Below, piece after piece: positions 25,084-35,204 of a DNA stretch of 64,000 bases (position 1 is its first letter; each line of letters begins with the position of its first letter). Position numbers and translations under genes: made by a program. The DNA is from Verrucomicrobiales bacterium (GTDB taxonomy: Bacteria > Verrucomicrobiota > Verrucomicrobiia > Limisphaerales > UBA1100). The stretch is from assembly GCA_005809105.1 (NCBI GenBank), contig SYLI01000068.1, positions 4,294 to 68,293 on the forward strand, in the 5' to 3' direction. The notes beneath the pieces are model-generated. The model did no database searches. It had not been told where the DNA came from and saw nothing but the letters and a program-made list of their open reading frames with translations.

Positions 25084-27084
25084 TCAGGGCAACTGCAGAT
25101 TCACCTTTCGCTTCGAAAGCAAATCCTCCACACGCGCAAGGAGGCCGGTGCCCTCCTGCCGGGCATCCCGTGCGATGGCGCCCATCGCACCGTCCAGTCG
25201 CGCATCGGCCAGCTTTACCAAGGCGTCAAGCGCGGCCAGGCGGGCGGCTTCCTCCGCCTCGGGATCGCTCAGCAGCGCGAGCAGCCTGTCGCGGGTCTGG
25301 GCTGGCTGGTCGGCCTTTAACAGCTTGGCGGCAGCGCGTGCGCCAGCCATTGCAAGGCCGGCATTGCGCGAACCCAAAGCCTGCTGGATTGCGGGCAGCG
25401 CTTTCACTTCGCCAAGATCGCCCAGCCCGATGAGTGCGGGTGCCGCCAGCGTGTGGCGCAGATCCTGCACAATCTCGAGCAGGCGCGGGGCGATTTCCTT
25501 CCTGCCCAGCGCCGCCATGGCACGCAGCGCTGCGGTCTTCCACTCGCGATCGTTGCTGGTGTTCCAGATGGCCATGAGCTCGGGCACGGCTTTGGGATCG
25601 GCGATGGCGGCCAGTGCCACGACAGCGTCCTCCAGCAGCGGCGGCTCGGAGAGATGTTCCAGTGCGTAGGGCGCGCCGTCGGGCAGGCCATGCCGGCCGA
25701 GAAACGCCGAGATGCGCAGCTTGCGGTTGAGATCGGCCTCCTCTCGAAGGCGCGGTTGCAGGGCGCGCGCCGACTCGGGGAGGTTGATCAGCATCAACGC
25801 CTCCGCCGCGGCCCAGCGGGTGGAGTGATGGCGCGGATCCAACAAGCGGGAGAGGCTGGCGATCAGTCGCGCGTCGGGGGTCTTCGCGCAGACTCGGCGG
25901 CAGGCGTCGGCGTAGGCGTGCCGTTCACTGGCGCGCGTGGCCACGGGGAAAAGCTCCAGAAGCACGGGCACCGACTGCGCGGCAGGCACCGCTCCCAAGA
26001 GATGCAACTCAGGCTCGATGCCCAGCCCGGCGGCCAGTTTGGCGCGGGCGCGCTGCAAGAAGGGGGCGGCGGCGGCGGGCGCGTCGAGCTTGATGAGAGT
26101 GTCGCCCAGAATTGGGGGCAACGAATCCGGTGCGTCCAACGGCAATTGCTCGAAGCGGGCGAGCAGCGCGGGCCGATTGGTTTTGGAGGAGAGCAGGCCG
26201 ATGGCGCCGACGCGCGCGGACTCCGCCGCAAGCGTGCGGGTGGGTCTTTGCAGGTGCGCGCTCGCGGTGACGTTTTGCAACGCGGCCGGCCCGACTCCTC
26301 CAAGGGCCCACAGTAGCGACACTCGCGCGGCGTCATCATTGCCTTCGCGCTCCAATGCCCCCGCCAGTCCCGCAAGCGCAGCACTGCGCAGGGCGGGCTG
26401 GGCAAGGTAGTCGGCGCGCAGGATTGATCCCAAGGCCGTGGCGGCGGCGGTGTGGACGGCGGGCAGCGGATCTTCCAGATGGCGCGTGAGAGCGGCCACC
26501 GCGCCGGGGATTTGCGCGGCCAACAGGGGGCGACGCTGCACGGCGATGAGCAGAGGGATGGCTGCGGGCCCGCGGATTTTTCCAAGCGCCTCGACCAACA
26601 GCCGTACGCGTGCGGCGCGGTCATGGTGGTTGGCCACCTCCAGCAGGGTCAGTGCCGTGAGAATCAGTGGATCCTGCCGATCGGCCAGCGGTGGCGGCGA
26701 ACGGTCCAGCGACCCGCCGTAAAAACAACTCTGGTAGCCGGATCGCGAACGGCCGAGGAACAGGAGGTGCAGGCGCCCGCGTTCGAGCATCGCGCCTTCG
26801 TCCTCGCTGATGCCCAAGTCAGCGCTGGTGAGAGCGAGCTCGGGGCGGGCGAACACGCCCTTGAGCACGCGCACGGGCTTAAACTTGTACTGGCGCGTTG
26901 TGGTTTCCATCTTGCCACCGCTCACCGTGGTGTTCAGCCCAACCTCCGCCACCTCGGCGACGATCAGCAGATTGGCCTGCGCCACAGCGGCCTCCAGATC
27001 CAATCCGCGGTACCATTCATCGCGCGCGTGCGCCGACGAGAGTAGAAGCAGGATCAACCCAACGGAGAGATGCGTGGTTTTCAT
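25084..27084 (-). CDS. exported HEAT-repeat protein
   Basis: Signal-like N-terminus MKTTHLSVGLILLLLSSAHA, then long arrays of helical repeats (…AIPLLIAVQ…, …VPELMAIW…, …ALPAIQQALGS…). Confidence 0.65.
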   Translation of the reverse strand: MKTTHLSVGLILLLLSSAHARDEWYRGLDLEAAVAQANLLIVAEVAEVGLNTTVSGGKMETTTRQYKFKPVRVLKGVFARPELALTSADLGISEDEGAMLERGRLHLLFLGRSRSGYQSCFYGGSLDRSPPPLADRQDPLILTALTLLEVANHHDRAARVRLLVEALGKIRGPAAIPLLIAVQRRPLLAAQIPGAVAALTRHLEDPLPAVHTAAATALGSILRADYLAQPALRSAALAGLAGALEREGNDDAARVSLLWALGGVGPAALQNVTASAHLQRPTRTLAAESARVGAIGLLSSKTNRPALLARFEQLPLDAPDSLPPILGDTLIKLDAPAAAAPFLQRARAKLAAGLGIEPELHLLGAVPAAQSVPVLLELFPVATRASERHAYADACRRVCAKTPDARLIASLSRLLDPRHHSTRWAAAEALMLINLPESARALQPRLREEADLNRKLRISAFLGRHGLPDGAPYALEHLSEPPLLEDAVVALAAIADPKAVPELMAIWNTSNDREWKTAALRAMAALGRKEIAPRLLEIVQDLRHTLAAPALIGLGDLGEVKALPAIQQALGSRNAGLAMAGARAAAKLLKADQPAQTRDRLLALLSDPEAEEAARLAALDALVKLADARLDGAMGAIARDARQEGTGLLARVEDLLSKRKVNLQLP

Positions 27085-27188
27085 GGCAGGCAGTGTGCCT
27101 TTGGCCGAGATGCGGGCGCGCAATGGCGCGTCCATGCTTCCGGCCGGTTGGCAACAACTAAAGAGACTAGGTCACGCGAACTCCAAAA

Positions 27189-29078
27189 TCAAGCGGCCAG
27201 CGACCACGGGGTGGCAGAGGCGTGGGAAGTCTGGCCACACACCGCGCCGTCCTCAAGCCAGCGCAGCTTCCCGTCGAGCACCTCTCGCGCGAGGCGTCGG
27301 CTCGCATCTTCCGTCTTGGCCGAGCGGGGCGTAAGCGCTTCCTTCACCCGCCGCAGCGATCCCCGCGCGAAGTGGTCTGCCACAGTGATCGCGGCCGTCT
27401 CGCCATTGCGCTCGAAGTGCGCCTCGGCATGGGCCAGCGAGGTGGAGAGCGCAAAGAGTTCCGTCCCCGCATCGACCAACCGGCCTAACAGCAACTGCCG
27501 GCGCTCCAGCGCCGGACCGTGGCGCAGCATGGCGTGGAAGAGCGCGCGGGCCAGCGCGCGGCTGGCCACGGCTGCCTCTCGGAGATGGTGCTTGATGACG
27601 GGATGGGCCACCTCGCCCCCCGCGTCCAGCACGGGCCACCACAGCCGCGGGTACCACCCGCCGTAATGGAATGCGGCATGAAGCGCCGCGGCGACACGCC
27701 GGCCGACCGGCAGCCGGGTGTCAAACACCTGGCCTCCGTGAGCAAGGTGCGGGTCGAGTGCCTCACGGGCGATGAAGAGGCGCAGAATCTCGCTGGAGCC
27801 CTCAAAGATGGTGTTGATGCGGCAATCGCGCAGTAGGCGCTCCACGGGCTCAGGCCGCTCGCCGCGCGCCGCCAGCGACGCCGCCGTTTCATAACCGCGC
27901 CCGCCGCGGATTTGCATCGTGTCGTTGACGATGCGCCACGTCGTTTCCGTGGCCCACAACTTGGCCATTGCCGCCTCGATGCGGATGTCGGCGTGCGGAT
28001 CGCGATCCACCATCGCGGCGGTGTGGAGCGTCATAGATTCCATGGCAAATATGTCGGACGCCATGCGCGCAAGTTTGTCGGCGATGGCTTCGTGCCGGCC
28101 GATGGGCGCGCCCCATTGTTCGCGCCCGGCGGCCCAATGCCGGGCGATGGAGAGGCAGCGCTTGGACAGGCCCGTGCAGGCGGCGGGAAGCGTCAGGCGC
28201 CCCGTGTTCAGCGTCGTGAGCGCCACCTTGAGCCCGCGGCCCTCCCCCAGCAGGATGTTCTCGCGCGGCACGCGCACGTCATGGAAGCGAATGACGCCGT
28301 TGTAGAGTGCGCGCAAACCCATGAAGCGGCAGCGCCTGACAACCTCGACGCCCGGCCAGCGCGTTTCCACGATGAACGCCGTGGTCTGCACCCGGCCCTC
28401 GCGTTCAGGCGTTTTCGCCACCACCACAATGATCCCGGCGCGCGTGCCATTGGTGCACCAGAGCTTTTCGCCATTGAGAAGGAAGGCGCTCCCGTCGGGT
28501 GTGTGGGACGCGCGCATCGTCATCCGTGCGGGATCGCTGCCGGCGTCGGCTTCGGTGAGGGCGAACGCGGAAATCTCCCCGCTCGCGACGCGCGGCAGGT
28601 AACGCGCCTTCTGCGCCGGCGAGCCAAAAAGCAGAAGCGGTTGCGGTGCGCCGATGGATTGATGGGCCGAGAGCAACGCGGTGAGATTGCCGCAGTGGCT
28701 GCCCAGCAGCATGGCGGCGCGGCAGTAGTTGGTCTGAGAGAGGCCAAGCCCGCCGAAGTGCGGCGGCACCTTGATGCCAAAGGCGCCGCGTCGTGCGAGC
28801 GCGGCGATCACAGGGTCCGGAATTTCGCCGGTGCGATCCACCTCGTCGGCGTCCACATGATCGCGCAAGAACTCCTCAAGCCACGAGAGAAACGTCTCGC
28901 CTTCGGCGGCGTCGCCGGCCGGCTGTCCGGCGAAAGGCAGCAGCTGTGCCGAGTCCATGCGGCCCATGAAAAGGCCGCCGGCGAAGCGGGTGTGCGCGGG
29001 CTCGCGCGCGGCCTCGGCCAATTCCAGTGCGGCGCGCTTTCCGCCGTTCATGCCCGTGGTGTCAATGGAGGTTTGCAT
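27189..29078 (-). CDS. long acyl-CoA dehydrogenase (FadE-like, with C-terminal extension)
   Basis: ACAD motifs (FALTEADAGSD, KLWCTNG, QIRGGRGYET, IFEGSSEI). 629 aa from ATG 29078. Confidence 0.85.
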   Translation of the reverse strand: MQTSIDTTGMNGGKRAALELAEAAREPAHTRFAGGLFMGRMDSAQLLPFAGQPAGDAAEGETFLSWLEEFLRDHVDADEVDRTGEIPDPVIAALARRGAFGIKVPPHFGGLGLSQTNYCRAAMLLGSHCGNLTALLSAHQSIGAPQPLLLFGSPAQKARYLPRVASGEISAFALTEADAGSDPARMTMRASHTPDGSAFLLNGEKLWCTNGTRAGIIVVVAKTPEREGRVQTTAFIVETRWPGVEVVRRCRFMGLRALYNGVIRFHDVRVPRENILLGEGRGLKVALTTLNTGRLTLPAACTGLSKRCLSIARHWAAGREQWGAPIGRHEAIADKLARMASDIFAMESMTLHTAAMVDRDPHADIRIEAAMAKLWATETTWRIVNDTMQIRGGRGYETAASLAARGERPEPVERLLRDCRINTIFEGSSEILRLFIAREALDPHLAHGGQVFDTRLPVGRRVAAALHAAFHYGGWYPRLWWPVLDAGGEVAHPVIKHHLREAAVASRALARALFHAMLRHGPALERRQLLLGRLVDAGTELFALSTSLAHAEAHFERNGETAAITVADHFARGSLRRVKEALTPRSAKTEDASRRLAREVLDGKLRWLEDGAVCGQTSHASATPWSLAA

Positions 29079-29089
29079 GGCAGGATTCC

Positions 29090-31252
29090 TCACTTTGGGT
29101 GGATTGTGGCGCCGATGGCGGAGAGGTGCTGGAGCAGCGCGCAGGGTGCGAACCGCGGATGAGTTTCGGCAAGCGCGCCCAATTCCTCCACCACGCGCCG
29201 CGCGCCCCACGCGTCCAACAGCCGCAAGGGGCCACCGCGGAACGGGGCGAATCCAGCGCCCAGCACCATCGCCAGATCCGCGTCATCCGCATCGCGCGCC
29301 ACGCCTTCCTCCACGCATCGCGCAGCCTCATTGATCATGAGCAACGCAAGCCGGGACTGCACGGCGCCTACCGTCAGCGCGGGCGCGGCGCGGGGGGCGC
29401 GGCGGGGAAAGGCATGAGGGCTGGGCACGGCCGTGTCCCCGCGATGCACATAGATGCCGCGGCCACTCTTGTGGCCCAGGTCGCCTGCGGCGGCCAGGCG
29501 ACGCAGTGGTTCGGGCACCGCGAGACGTTCGCCCAATGCCGCAGAAAGCGTGTCGGCAACATGCAGCGCCACGTCCACTCCCACTTCGTCGAGCAGGCGC
29601 AAGGGCCCTGTCGGCATGCCAAACTGCCGCATCGCACGGTCCACGAATTCCGGGGATGCGCCTTGCTCGCAGAGCCACACGGCCTCCAAGAGGTAGGGCA
29701 TGAGGATGCGGTTCACGAGGAAGCCCGGGTGATCTTTCACCAGCACGGGCACCTTGCCCAAAGCGCGGACCCAATGCGCGGCTCGGGCGATCGTAGCATC
29801 GTTCGTCGCCCGGCCGCGCGCCACCTCCACCAGCGGCATCCGGTGGACGGGGTTAAAAAAATGGAGTCCCACCACACGCTCCGGAAATACTGTGGCGTCG
29901 GCCACGGCGGTGATGGAGAGCGCCGAGGTGTTGGTGGCAAGGATCGTGGCCGGCCCCGCGAGGCGCGAGATGCGGCCCAGCACCTCCTGTTTAACAGCGA
30001 GACTTTCGGCGACGGCCTCGACCACCAGATCCACACCTCGCAGCGGGGTTTCCGAGGTGGACGGCGTGATCCTGTCCATGCCGTCACGCGCCTCCAGCGC
30101 CGTGCATTCGCCGCGCCGCACGCTTCGCTCAAAAATGGAGCCCGCCCTGCCTAGCCCTGCCGCGACGCGGCCCGTGTCCACGTCGCGCAGTTGGACCCAC
30201 ACGCCGCGCGCCGCAAGCCATTGGGCAATGCCCGCACCCATCACGCCTGCGCCCACAACCAACGCGTGCCGCAGCGGTGGCGCGGGTGCGACTTTGCGGG
30301 CGCGTTCGCGCAGCAGCGCCAGCCGGAGCAGATGAGCGGCCACATCGGTCTGCGCCAGCGCCAGCACCGTCTCCCGTTCGGCGGCAAGTGCCGCATCGCG
30401 CGGAAGGTGAAGATTGCGCGTAATCAGCCGCGCGGCCGCGGGCAGTGCCGGGTAGTTTCCAAACGTCGAAGCGCGCACGCGTCGGCAGGCCCACCAAGCC
30501 CGGGCCGTGGCGAGTGGGCGCAGCAACCAATGCGCCGAAGCACGTGGTGCGGGCTTACCCGAGGCAATGCACAGCCGCGCTTGCGCGAGCAGGTGCTCCC
30601 GTGGAACCACGGCATCCACCAGCCCCAGTTGCAAAGCCCGCGCGGCCGTGACAGGCGAACCTTTCAGGACGAGATCCAACGATCGGGAAAGCCCGACGAG
30701 GCGCGGCAGGCGCGTGCAGCCGCCCCATGCAGGCACGATGCCGAGCGCAGTTTCGGGCAGGCCGAGCCGGGTGCAGGGCGCGTCGCTGGCCACGCGGTAA
30801 TCGCAGGCGAGAGCCAGTTCCAATCCTCCGCCCAAGGCGGCGCCATGGAGGGCGGCGACGGTGGGCGCGGGAAAGTCTGCCAGGGTGTTGAACACCTCTT
30901 GGCCCAGCGACACCAAGCTGCCAAGCTCTTCGGGAGTGGCGCGCACCAGCGCGTTGAGATCGGCGCCGGCGATGTAGATTTCGGGCTTGGTACTGGCGAG
31001 CACCAGGCCGTGCAGGAAGGGCTGCTGTCCCAGCCGCTGAAGGTGCAGGCGCAAGTCGCCCAGCGTGGCGGCATCCAGAATGTTGGCGGGCGACTGCGGC
31101 CGATCGAAGGTGAGAACCACCGTCCCGTCACCCAGCCACTGCCGGTGGATGCGATCGGATTCGAATCCCACGGGCGAGGCAGGCACCAGCCCGGTGCCCG
31201 ACGCAGTCCGGTCGTTGCCGGCGCGGCTGGATGGGGAAAGGGTCGCGATCAT
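29090..31252 (-). CDS. multifunctional enoyl-CoA hydratase / 3-hydroxyacyl-CoA dehydrogenase (FadB/FadJ-like)
   Basis: N-terminal crotonase fold (AALHGAALGGGLELALACD), a central Rossmann segment (VVGAGVMGAGIAQ), and a C-terminal 3HCDH domain. The ATG overlaps the thiolase stop. Confidence 0.85.
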   Translation of the reverse strand: MIATLSPSSRAGNDRTASGTGLVPASPVGFESDRIHRQWLGDGTVVLTFDRPQSPANILDAATLGDLRLHLQRLGQQPFLHGLVLASTKPEIYIAGADLNALVRATPEELGSLVSLGQEVFNTLADFPAPTVAALHGAALGGGLELALACDYRVASDAPCTRLGLPETALGIVPAWGGCTRLPRLVGLSRSLDLVLKGSPVTAARALQLGLVDAVVPREHLLAQARLCIASGKPAPRASAHWLLRPLATARAWWACRRVRASTFGNYPALPAAARLITRNLHLPRDAALAAERETVLALAQTDVAAHLLRLALLRERARKVAPAPPLRHALVVGAGVMGAGIAQWLAARGVWVQLRDVDTGRVAAGLGRAGSIFERSVRRGECTALEARDGMDRITPSTSETPLRGVDLVVEAVAESLAVKQEVLGRISRLAGPATILATNTSALSITAVADATVFPERVVGLHFFNPVHRMPLVEVARGRATNDATIARAAHWVRALGKVPVLVKDHPGFLVNRILMPYLLEAVWLCEQGASPEFVDRAMRQFGMPTGPLRLLDEVGVDVALHVADTLSAALGERLAVPEPLRRLAAAGDLGHKSGRGIYVHRGDTAVPSPHAFPRRAPRAAPALTVGAVQSRLALLMINEAARCVEEGVARDADDADLAMVLGAGFAPFRGGPLRLLDAWGARRVVEELGALAETHPRFAPCALLQHLSAIGATIHPK

Positions 31253-32517
31253 GTGATGGCCTCCAGCCATGCGGCACTTCCTTGGCCGCCTCCCACGCAG
31301 AGCGTCACGAGGGCGCGATGACCCTTGCGCCGGCGCAGCTCCCTTAAGACCGTGAGCACGAGGCGTGCGCCGCTGGCGCCCAGCGGATGGCCCAGCGCGA
31401 TGGCGCCGCCATTGACATTGATGCGGTCGGTGCGCATGGGGCCTAACACGCGGGCGCAATCGGGATGGGCGGCGCAGCGCAGCACGGCCAGAAGTTGCGC
31501 GGCAAACGCCTCGTTGATTTCAATGAGGTCGGCGCTTGCGGGCGCGAGCCCGGTGGATTCTTGGGCGCGCATCATGGCCGGCACGGGGCCCAGACCCATG
31601 CGGCGGGGGTCGCAGCCGGCGTGGGCGTAGCCGATCCACCGCCCAAGCGGGGGGTGGCCCAGGGCCTCCGCACGGCGCTCGCTCATCACCAGCAGGGCGA
31701 CGGCGCCATCGGTGAGTGGCGAGGCATTGCCCGCCGTGACGGTGCCGTGGCGGGTGTCAAACACCGGCGGCAGGGAGGCGAGCGCGCCAGCCGATTGCGA
31801 AGGGCGGGGGCCGTTGTCGCGGGCGACGACAGTGACCGTGCCGTTGCGCAGGTACACGGGCGCGATCTCCTCTTGTAGGAAAGCCTGCGCGGCACAGGCG
31901 CGCTTGTGGGATTGCAGCGCCCAGTCGTCCTGTTCAGCCCGGCTGATGCCGTATTCACGGGCCAGCAGTTCGGCCGTTTCGCCCATGGTGTGGCCGGAAA
32001 GCGGATCCCGGAGCCCGAGCTTGAGGGAGTGCCGCGGCCGGAAGTCCGCGGGCCTCAGCGCGGCGAGGGCGCATGTCCTTTTCCAAAACGATGGGGCGCG
32101 CGCCACTCGGGCAAACTTCTCGGCCGCGATGGGAGAAAACTGGAAGGGCATCGAAGACATGCTTTCGACTCCGCCGACGATGAAGACCTGGCCTTGGCCC
32201 GCGGCCATCTTGTCCGCGGCCAGTGTGAGCGCTTCCATGCCCGAAGCACAATTGCGCTGCACGGTGGCGGCGGGCACGTGCTCGGGAATGCCGGCGCGCA
32301 GCGCGATGACGCGCGCGGGGTTGGGGGCATCCGCGGAGGGGCTGACGCAGCCGAGGAGAACGGAGTCGATGGACGCGGGGTCAAGGCCCGTGCGCGTCAG
32401 CAGCGTGCTGACTGCGGTGCGGCCAAGCTCCACGGCGTCGGCGCCCGCAAGGTCGGTGCCCAGCCTGCAAAACGGCGTGCGGCCCCCCTCCACAATGACC
32501 ATGCGCCCGGTGTTCAT
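31249..32517 (-). CDS. acetyl-CoA C-acyltransferase (thiolase)
   Basis: Active-site NCASGMEAL, plus NVNGGAIALGHPLGASGARL and LCVGGGQG. Confidence 0.9.
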   Translation of the reverse strand: MNTGRMVIVEGGRTPFCRLGTDLAGADAVELGRTAVSTLLTRTGLDPASIDSVLLGCVSPSADAPNPARVIALRAGIPEHVPAATVQRNCASGMEALTLAADKMAAGQGQVFIVGGVESMSSMPFQFSPIAAEKFARVARAPSFWKRTCALAALRPADFRPRHSLKLGLRDPLSGHTMGETAELLAREYGISRAEQDDWALQSHKRACAAQAFLQEEIAPVYLRNGTVTVVARDNGPRPSQSAGALASLPPVFDTRHGTVTAGNASPLTDGAVALLVMSERRAEALGHPPLGRWIGYAHAGCDPRRMGLGPVPAMMRAQESTGLAPASADLIEINEAFAAQLLAVLRCAAHPDCARVLGPMRTDRINVNGGAIALGHPLGASGARLVLTVLRELRRRKGHRALVTLCVGGGQGSAAWLEAIT

Positions 32518-34016
32518 CTGCGTACCTCCTTGATGGAAGAAGTGGGCGCAGTCATCGCGGCGGACGGACGGTGGTCCACCAGCCGCCGTTCTTTCAGCTC
32601 GGCACCGACCCCCTGCATCCGGCGCAGCTCGCCGGCCTCGTGGAAATGGATCCGGTTGGGATGGACTTCGACGCGCGCGAACTGGGAGTCAATCCTGTGA
32701 ACCAGCTGTGCCTCTGTAGCGTCTCCGATGGGCGCGATGTGCAGAATGATTTCATCCAGTTCCAGCGGGTCGTCGTGAAGCTTGCGCAGCTCAATCTGCC
32801 ACGCCCCCACGCCGGGAAGGTCGTCCAGGATGTGCTCAAGCACATTGAAGTCGACCAGGGTGCCCTTGAGCTTGTCCAGATGCATGGCCTGCATCCCGGA
32901 GCGGCGGGAGATGTGGCCCAGCAGGCGCGGGACTTCACGGCCGCAACGCGGACAGCGGGTGAAGTGCAGGCCGCCATCGATGAGGTCGCCCGTGCGATAG
33001 CGCAGCACGACGGTGCCGCGAGCGTCCAGAGGTGTAAAAACAATCTCGCCAGCGTGGCCGGGTGGCAAGGGAGTGCCGGTGTCGGGGGCAACCACTTCCA
33101 CGATGCCCATGTCGGGGAAGAGGTGATATCCCGGAGAGGGTGCGCCAACAGGGTGCGGGCACTCAGCCCATGCCATTTTGGCTTCGGTGAAGCCGTAGGT
33201 GGCAAGCACTTCAACTGAAGGCGCGCCACATTCGGCAGCGAGTGACGCCAGCTTGCGCCGGAGGCCGTCGGGCACTTTCTCGCCGCCGAGCACGATGCGG
33301 CAAAGCGTGGGCAGCCGCAGTGACTGTGCGGCCGCCTCGTGCAGCACGTGGTACATGAAGGTGGGCATACCAATGAGCACGTGGGGCTGCAACTTCTGCA
33401 GGAACCGAAGCTGGCCTTCAGTGCCCATCACTTTGCCGCCGCCGCTGGACAGCGTGAACACACCGGCGGCGGCCCCTCCGTGGACGGCCAGCCAGAAGCC
33501 CAGATGCGGCGCGTAGGGAAACATGTTGAGCACTTTCATTTCGGGCGTGGCGCCGCACACTTCGAACAGGCGCGCCCCCGCGAGTGAGAGCCGGTTCAGA
33601 TCATGGACAGTGTACAGAAAGGGCACGGGGTCGGCGGAACGACCTGTCGTGCTCGTCATGAACACCGGACGGAATTCGCGCTCGAGGTTGCGCAGGACGG
33701 CAGCGCGCCCGCGCAGCAGTGTCTGAAGCAGGATGGAGGGACGCTTGGCCAGCACCCCTCGATCGGGCAGCAGGACAAACTCGCGTGGGGTCGCCGGATT
33801 TGCGGGAGAGCCGGCCAAATCCTCCTTCGACGCGAAGGGTATTTGGCTCAAGTCATCGAAGGTCCGCATGTCTTCTGGAAGCAGGGAGTGCTCGCGGAAC
33901 ACCCGGCGGTAGTGTTCGGAAAACGGCAGCACGGTGCGGCGCAGATACCGCCGGAGGCGCGCCATCTGGTCGCCCTGAATGCGTGCGCGGAAATCAGATG
34001 GGCCGATGAGATTCAT
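32514..34016 (-). CDS. adenylate-forming (ANL) enzyme of the phenylacetate-CoA ligase / F390-synthetase type
   Basis: TSTTGRSADP (phosphate loop), YGFTEA and YRTGD motifs in a PaaK-like architecture. Start at the internal ATG 34016, which overlaps the patatin stop. Confidence 0.7.
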   Translation of the reverse strand: MNLIGPSDFRARIQGDQMARLRRYLRRTVLPFSEHYRRVFREHSLLPEDMRTFDDLSQIPFASKEDLAGSPANPATPREFVLLPDRGVLAKRPSILLQTLLRGRAAVLRNLEREFRPVFMTSTTGRSADPVPFLYTVHDLNRLSLAGARLFEVCGATPEMKVLNMFPYAPHLGFWLAVHGGAAAGVFTLSSGGGKVMGTEGQLRFLQKLQPHVLIGMPTFMYHVLHEAAAQSLRLPTLCRIVLGGEKVPDGLRRKLASLAAECGAPSVEVLATYGFTEAKMAWAECPHPVGAPSPGYHLFPDMGIVEVVAPDTGTPLPPGHAGEIVFTPLDARGTVVLRYRTGDLIDGGLHFTRCPRCGREVPRLLGHISRRSGMQAMHLDKLKGTLVDFNVLEHILDDLPGVGAWQIELRKLHDDPLELDEIILHIAPIGDATEAQLVHRIDSQFARVEVHPNRIHFHEAGELRRMQGVGAELKERRLVDHRPSAAMTAPTSSIKEVRR

Positions 34017-35035
34017 GCCGCCGCCTTTCTCACCAACAGAGCGCGCAGCTTGGGCAATTGCGCCAGCGCAGCGGCCCGTCCAAGGGCGATGTGTTTTGCG
34101 GGCAAATGGAATTCGTACCAGAGTGCGTCCTCGCAAAGCGGGCGGATCACCACCTCGGCCTGACGGCACGCGCCCTCTGCCAGGATGCCTTGGGCGGCGC
34201 CTAGGCTCCGATACACCGTGTCGAGGAGGTTGCCCTTCGCAAAGTAGTTGAGGCGGCGGTGAAGGGCGCCCCAAAAACCCGTGTCACTGGCGGCGCGTTC
34301 CGATTTGCGCGCCGGAGTGCCTACAGTGTCGCTGGGGGGCGGCATCACATTGACGGCGATGACAACGTCCAGTCCCCGGTCGAGCAGCGGCGACACAGGC
34401 ACGGGGGCGGTGACGGCGCCATCGGTGTAGCGCGACCCGCACCGCATCACGGGTTCGCAAATGCCGGGGATTGCACAACTGGCAAGCACGGCTTGCGACA
34501 CATCCCCGCTGGTCAGGAGTTCGCAGGCGAGCGTATCCAGGTTGGTTGCGGTGACGATAAGCGGTGTGCGCAACTGGCTAAAGTGGGCTGCACAGATGGT
34601 GCTGGAGAGGCGCCGCCTGATTTGGTCGCCGCGCAGAAACCCGCGCCGCGGCGGCACGACTGGATCAATCAATTCCGCCAGTGCACGCCATTGACTGGTG
34701 TCATGGGCCTCGCGTTCCAACGCCGCGCCATCAAGCCCGGAGCACCAGAGCGCACCAATGTACGCCCCCATACTGCTGCCCGCGACGATGTCGGGAGCAA
34801 GGCCGTTTTCTTCCAGCACTTGAATGACGCCGATGTGGGCCAGCCCCCGAGCCGCACCGCCAGAAAGTGCCAGGCCCCACTTGGCTTTCACCGGGCCGTT
34901 CGCCGCATGCCTTCGAAAAAGGGCGGGAGGGCGGGTGGCTGCAGTTTCTTCGTGCGCGCGTTGGGTCGCCTGGCAGAGCCCCTCGCGTCCCTGCAACGCG
35001 GATCCATACCGCATTCTGGCTTCCGGTTCCGTCAT
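34013..35035 (-). CDS. patatin-like phospholipase
   Basis: GLALSGGAARG (oxyanion GGxR), GSSMGA (GxSxG nucleophile) and YTDGAV (catalytic Asp). Confidence 0.85.
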   Translation of the reverse strand: MTEPEARMRYGSALQGREGLCQATQRAHEETAATRPPALFRRHAANGPVKAKWGLALSGGAARGLAHIGVIQVLEENGLAPDIVAGSSMGAYIGALWCSGLDGAALEREAHDTSQWRALAELIDPVVPPRRGFLRGDQIRRRLSSTICAAHFSQLRTPLIVTATNLDTLACELLTSGDVSQAVLASCAIPGICEPVMRCGSRYTDGAVTAPVPVSPLLDRGLDVVIAVNVMPPPSDTVGTPARKSERAASDTGFWGALHRRLNYFAKGNLLDTVYRSLGAAQGILAEGACRQAEVVIRPLCEDALWYEFHLPAKHIALGRAAALAQLPKLRALLVRKAAA

Positions 35036-35177
35036 ATCCGCCGGTGCCGACGGCGGATGCTGCGTCCGGACAGGCTGCCGGGCGTGTTTTTATTTGCCCG
35101 GGGACGTCAGCATTCCACCGTCGGCTTTTTCACTGGGTTCCACCACGTTCATGTCATCCACCATCTCAGTGGCATAA

Positions 35178-35204
35178 GTTATTCTAAAATAACCACCCTG
35201 TCAA
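35178..35204 (-). promoter_or_regulatory. candidate promoter/operator upstream of the patatin-beta-oxidation operon
   Basis: This is the only AT-rich tract in the 235-bp gap. The minus strand reads TTGACA (35204-35199) followed by the inverted repeat GTTATT-N4-AATAAC (35178-35193). By-eye consensus only. Confidence 0.25.

Noticed and set aside
34013-35035. Patatin-like phospholipase as a possible CBASS-type defence effector.
   Set aside because: There is no cyclase/nucleotidyltransferase, sensor or other defence partner nearby. Instead the gene is translationally coupled to a CoA ligase and beta-oxidation enzymes, so a metabolic role is far more likely.
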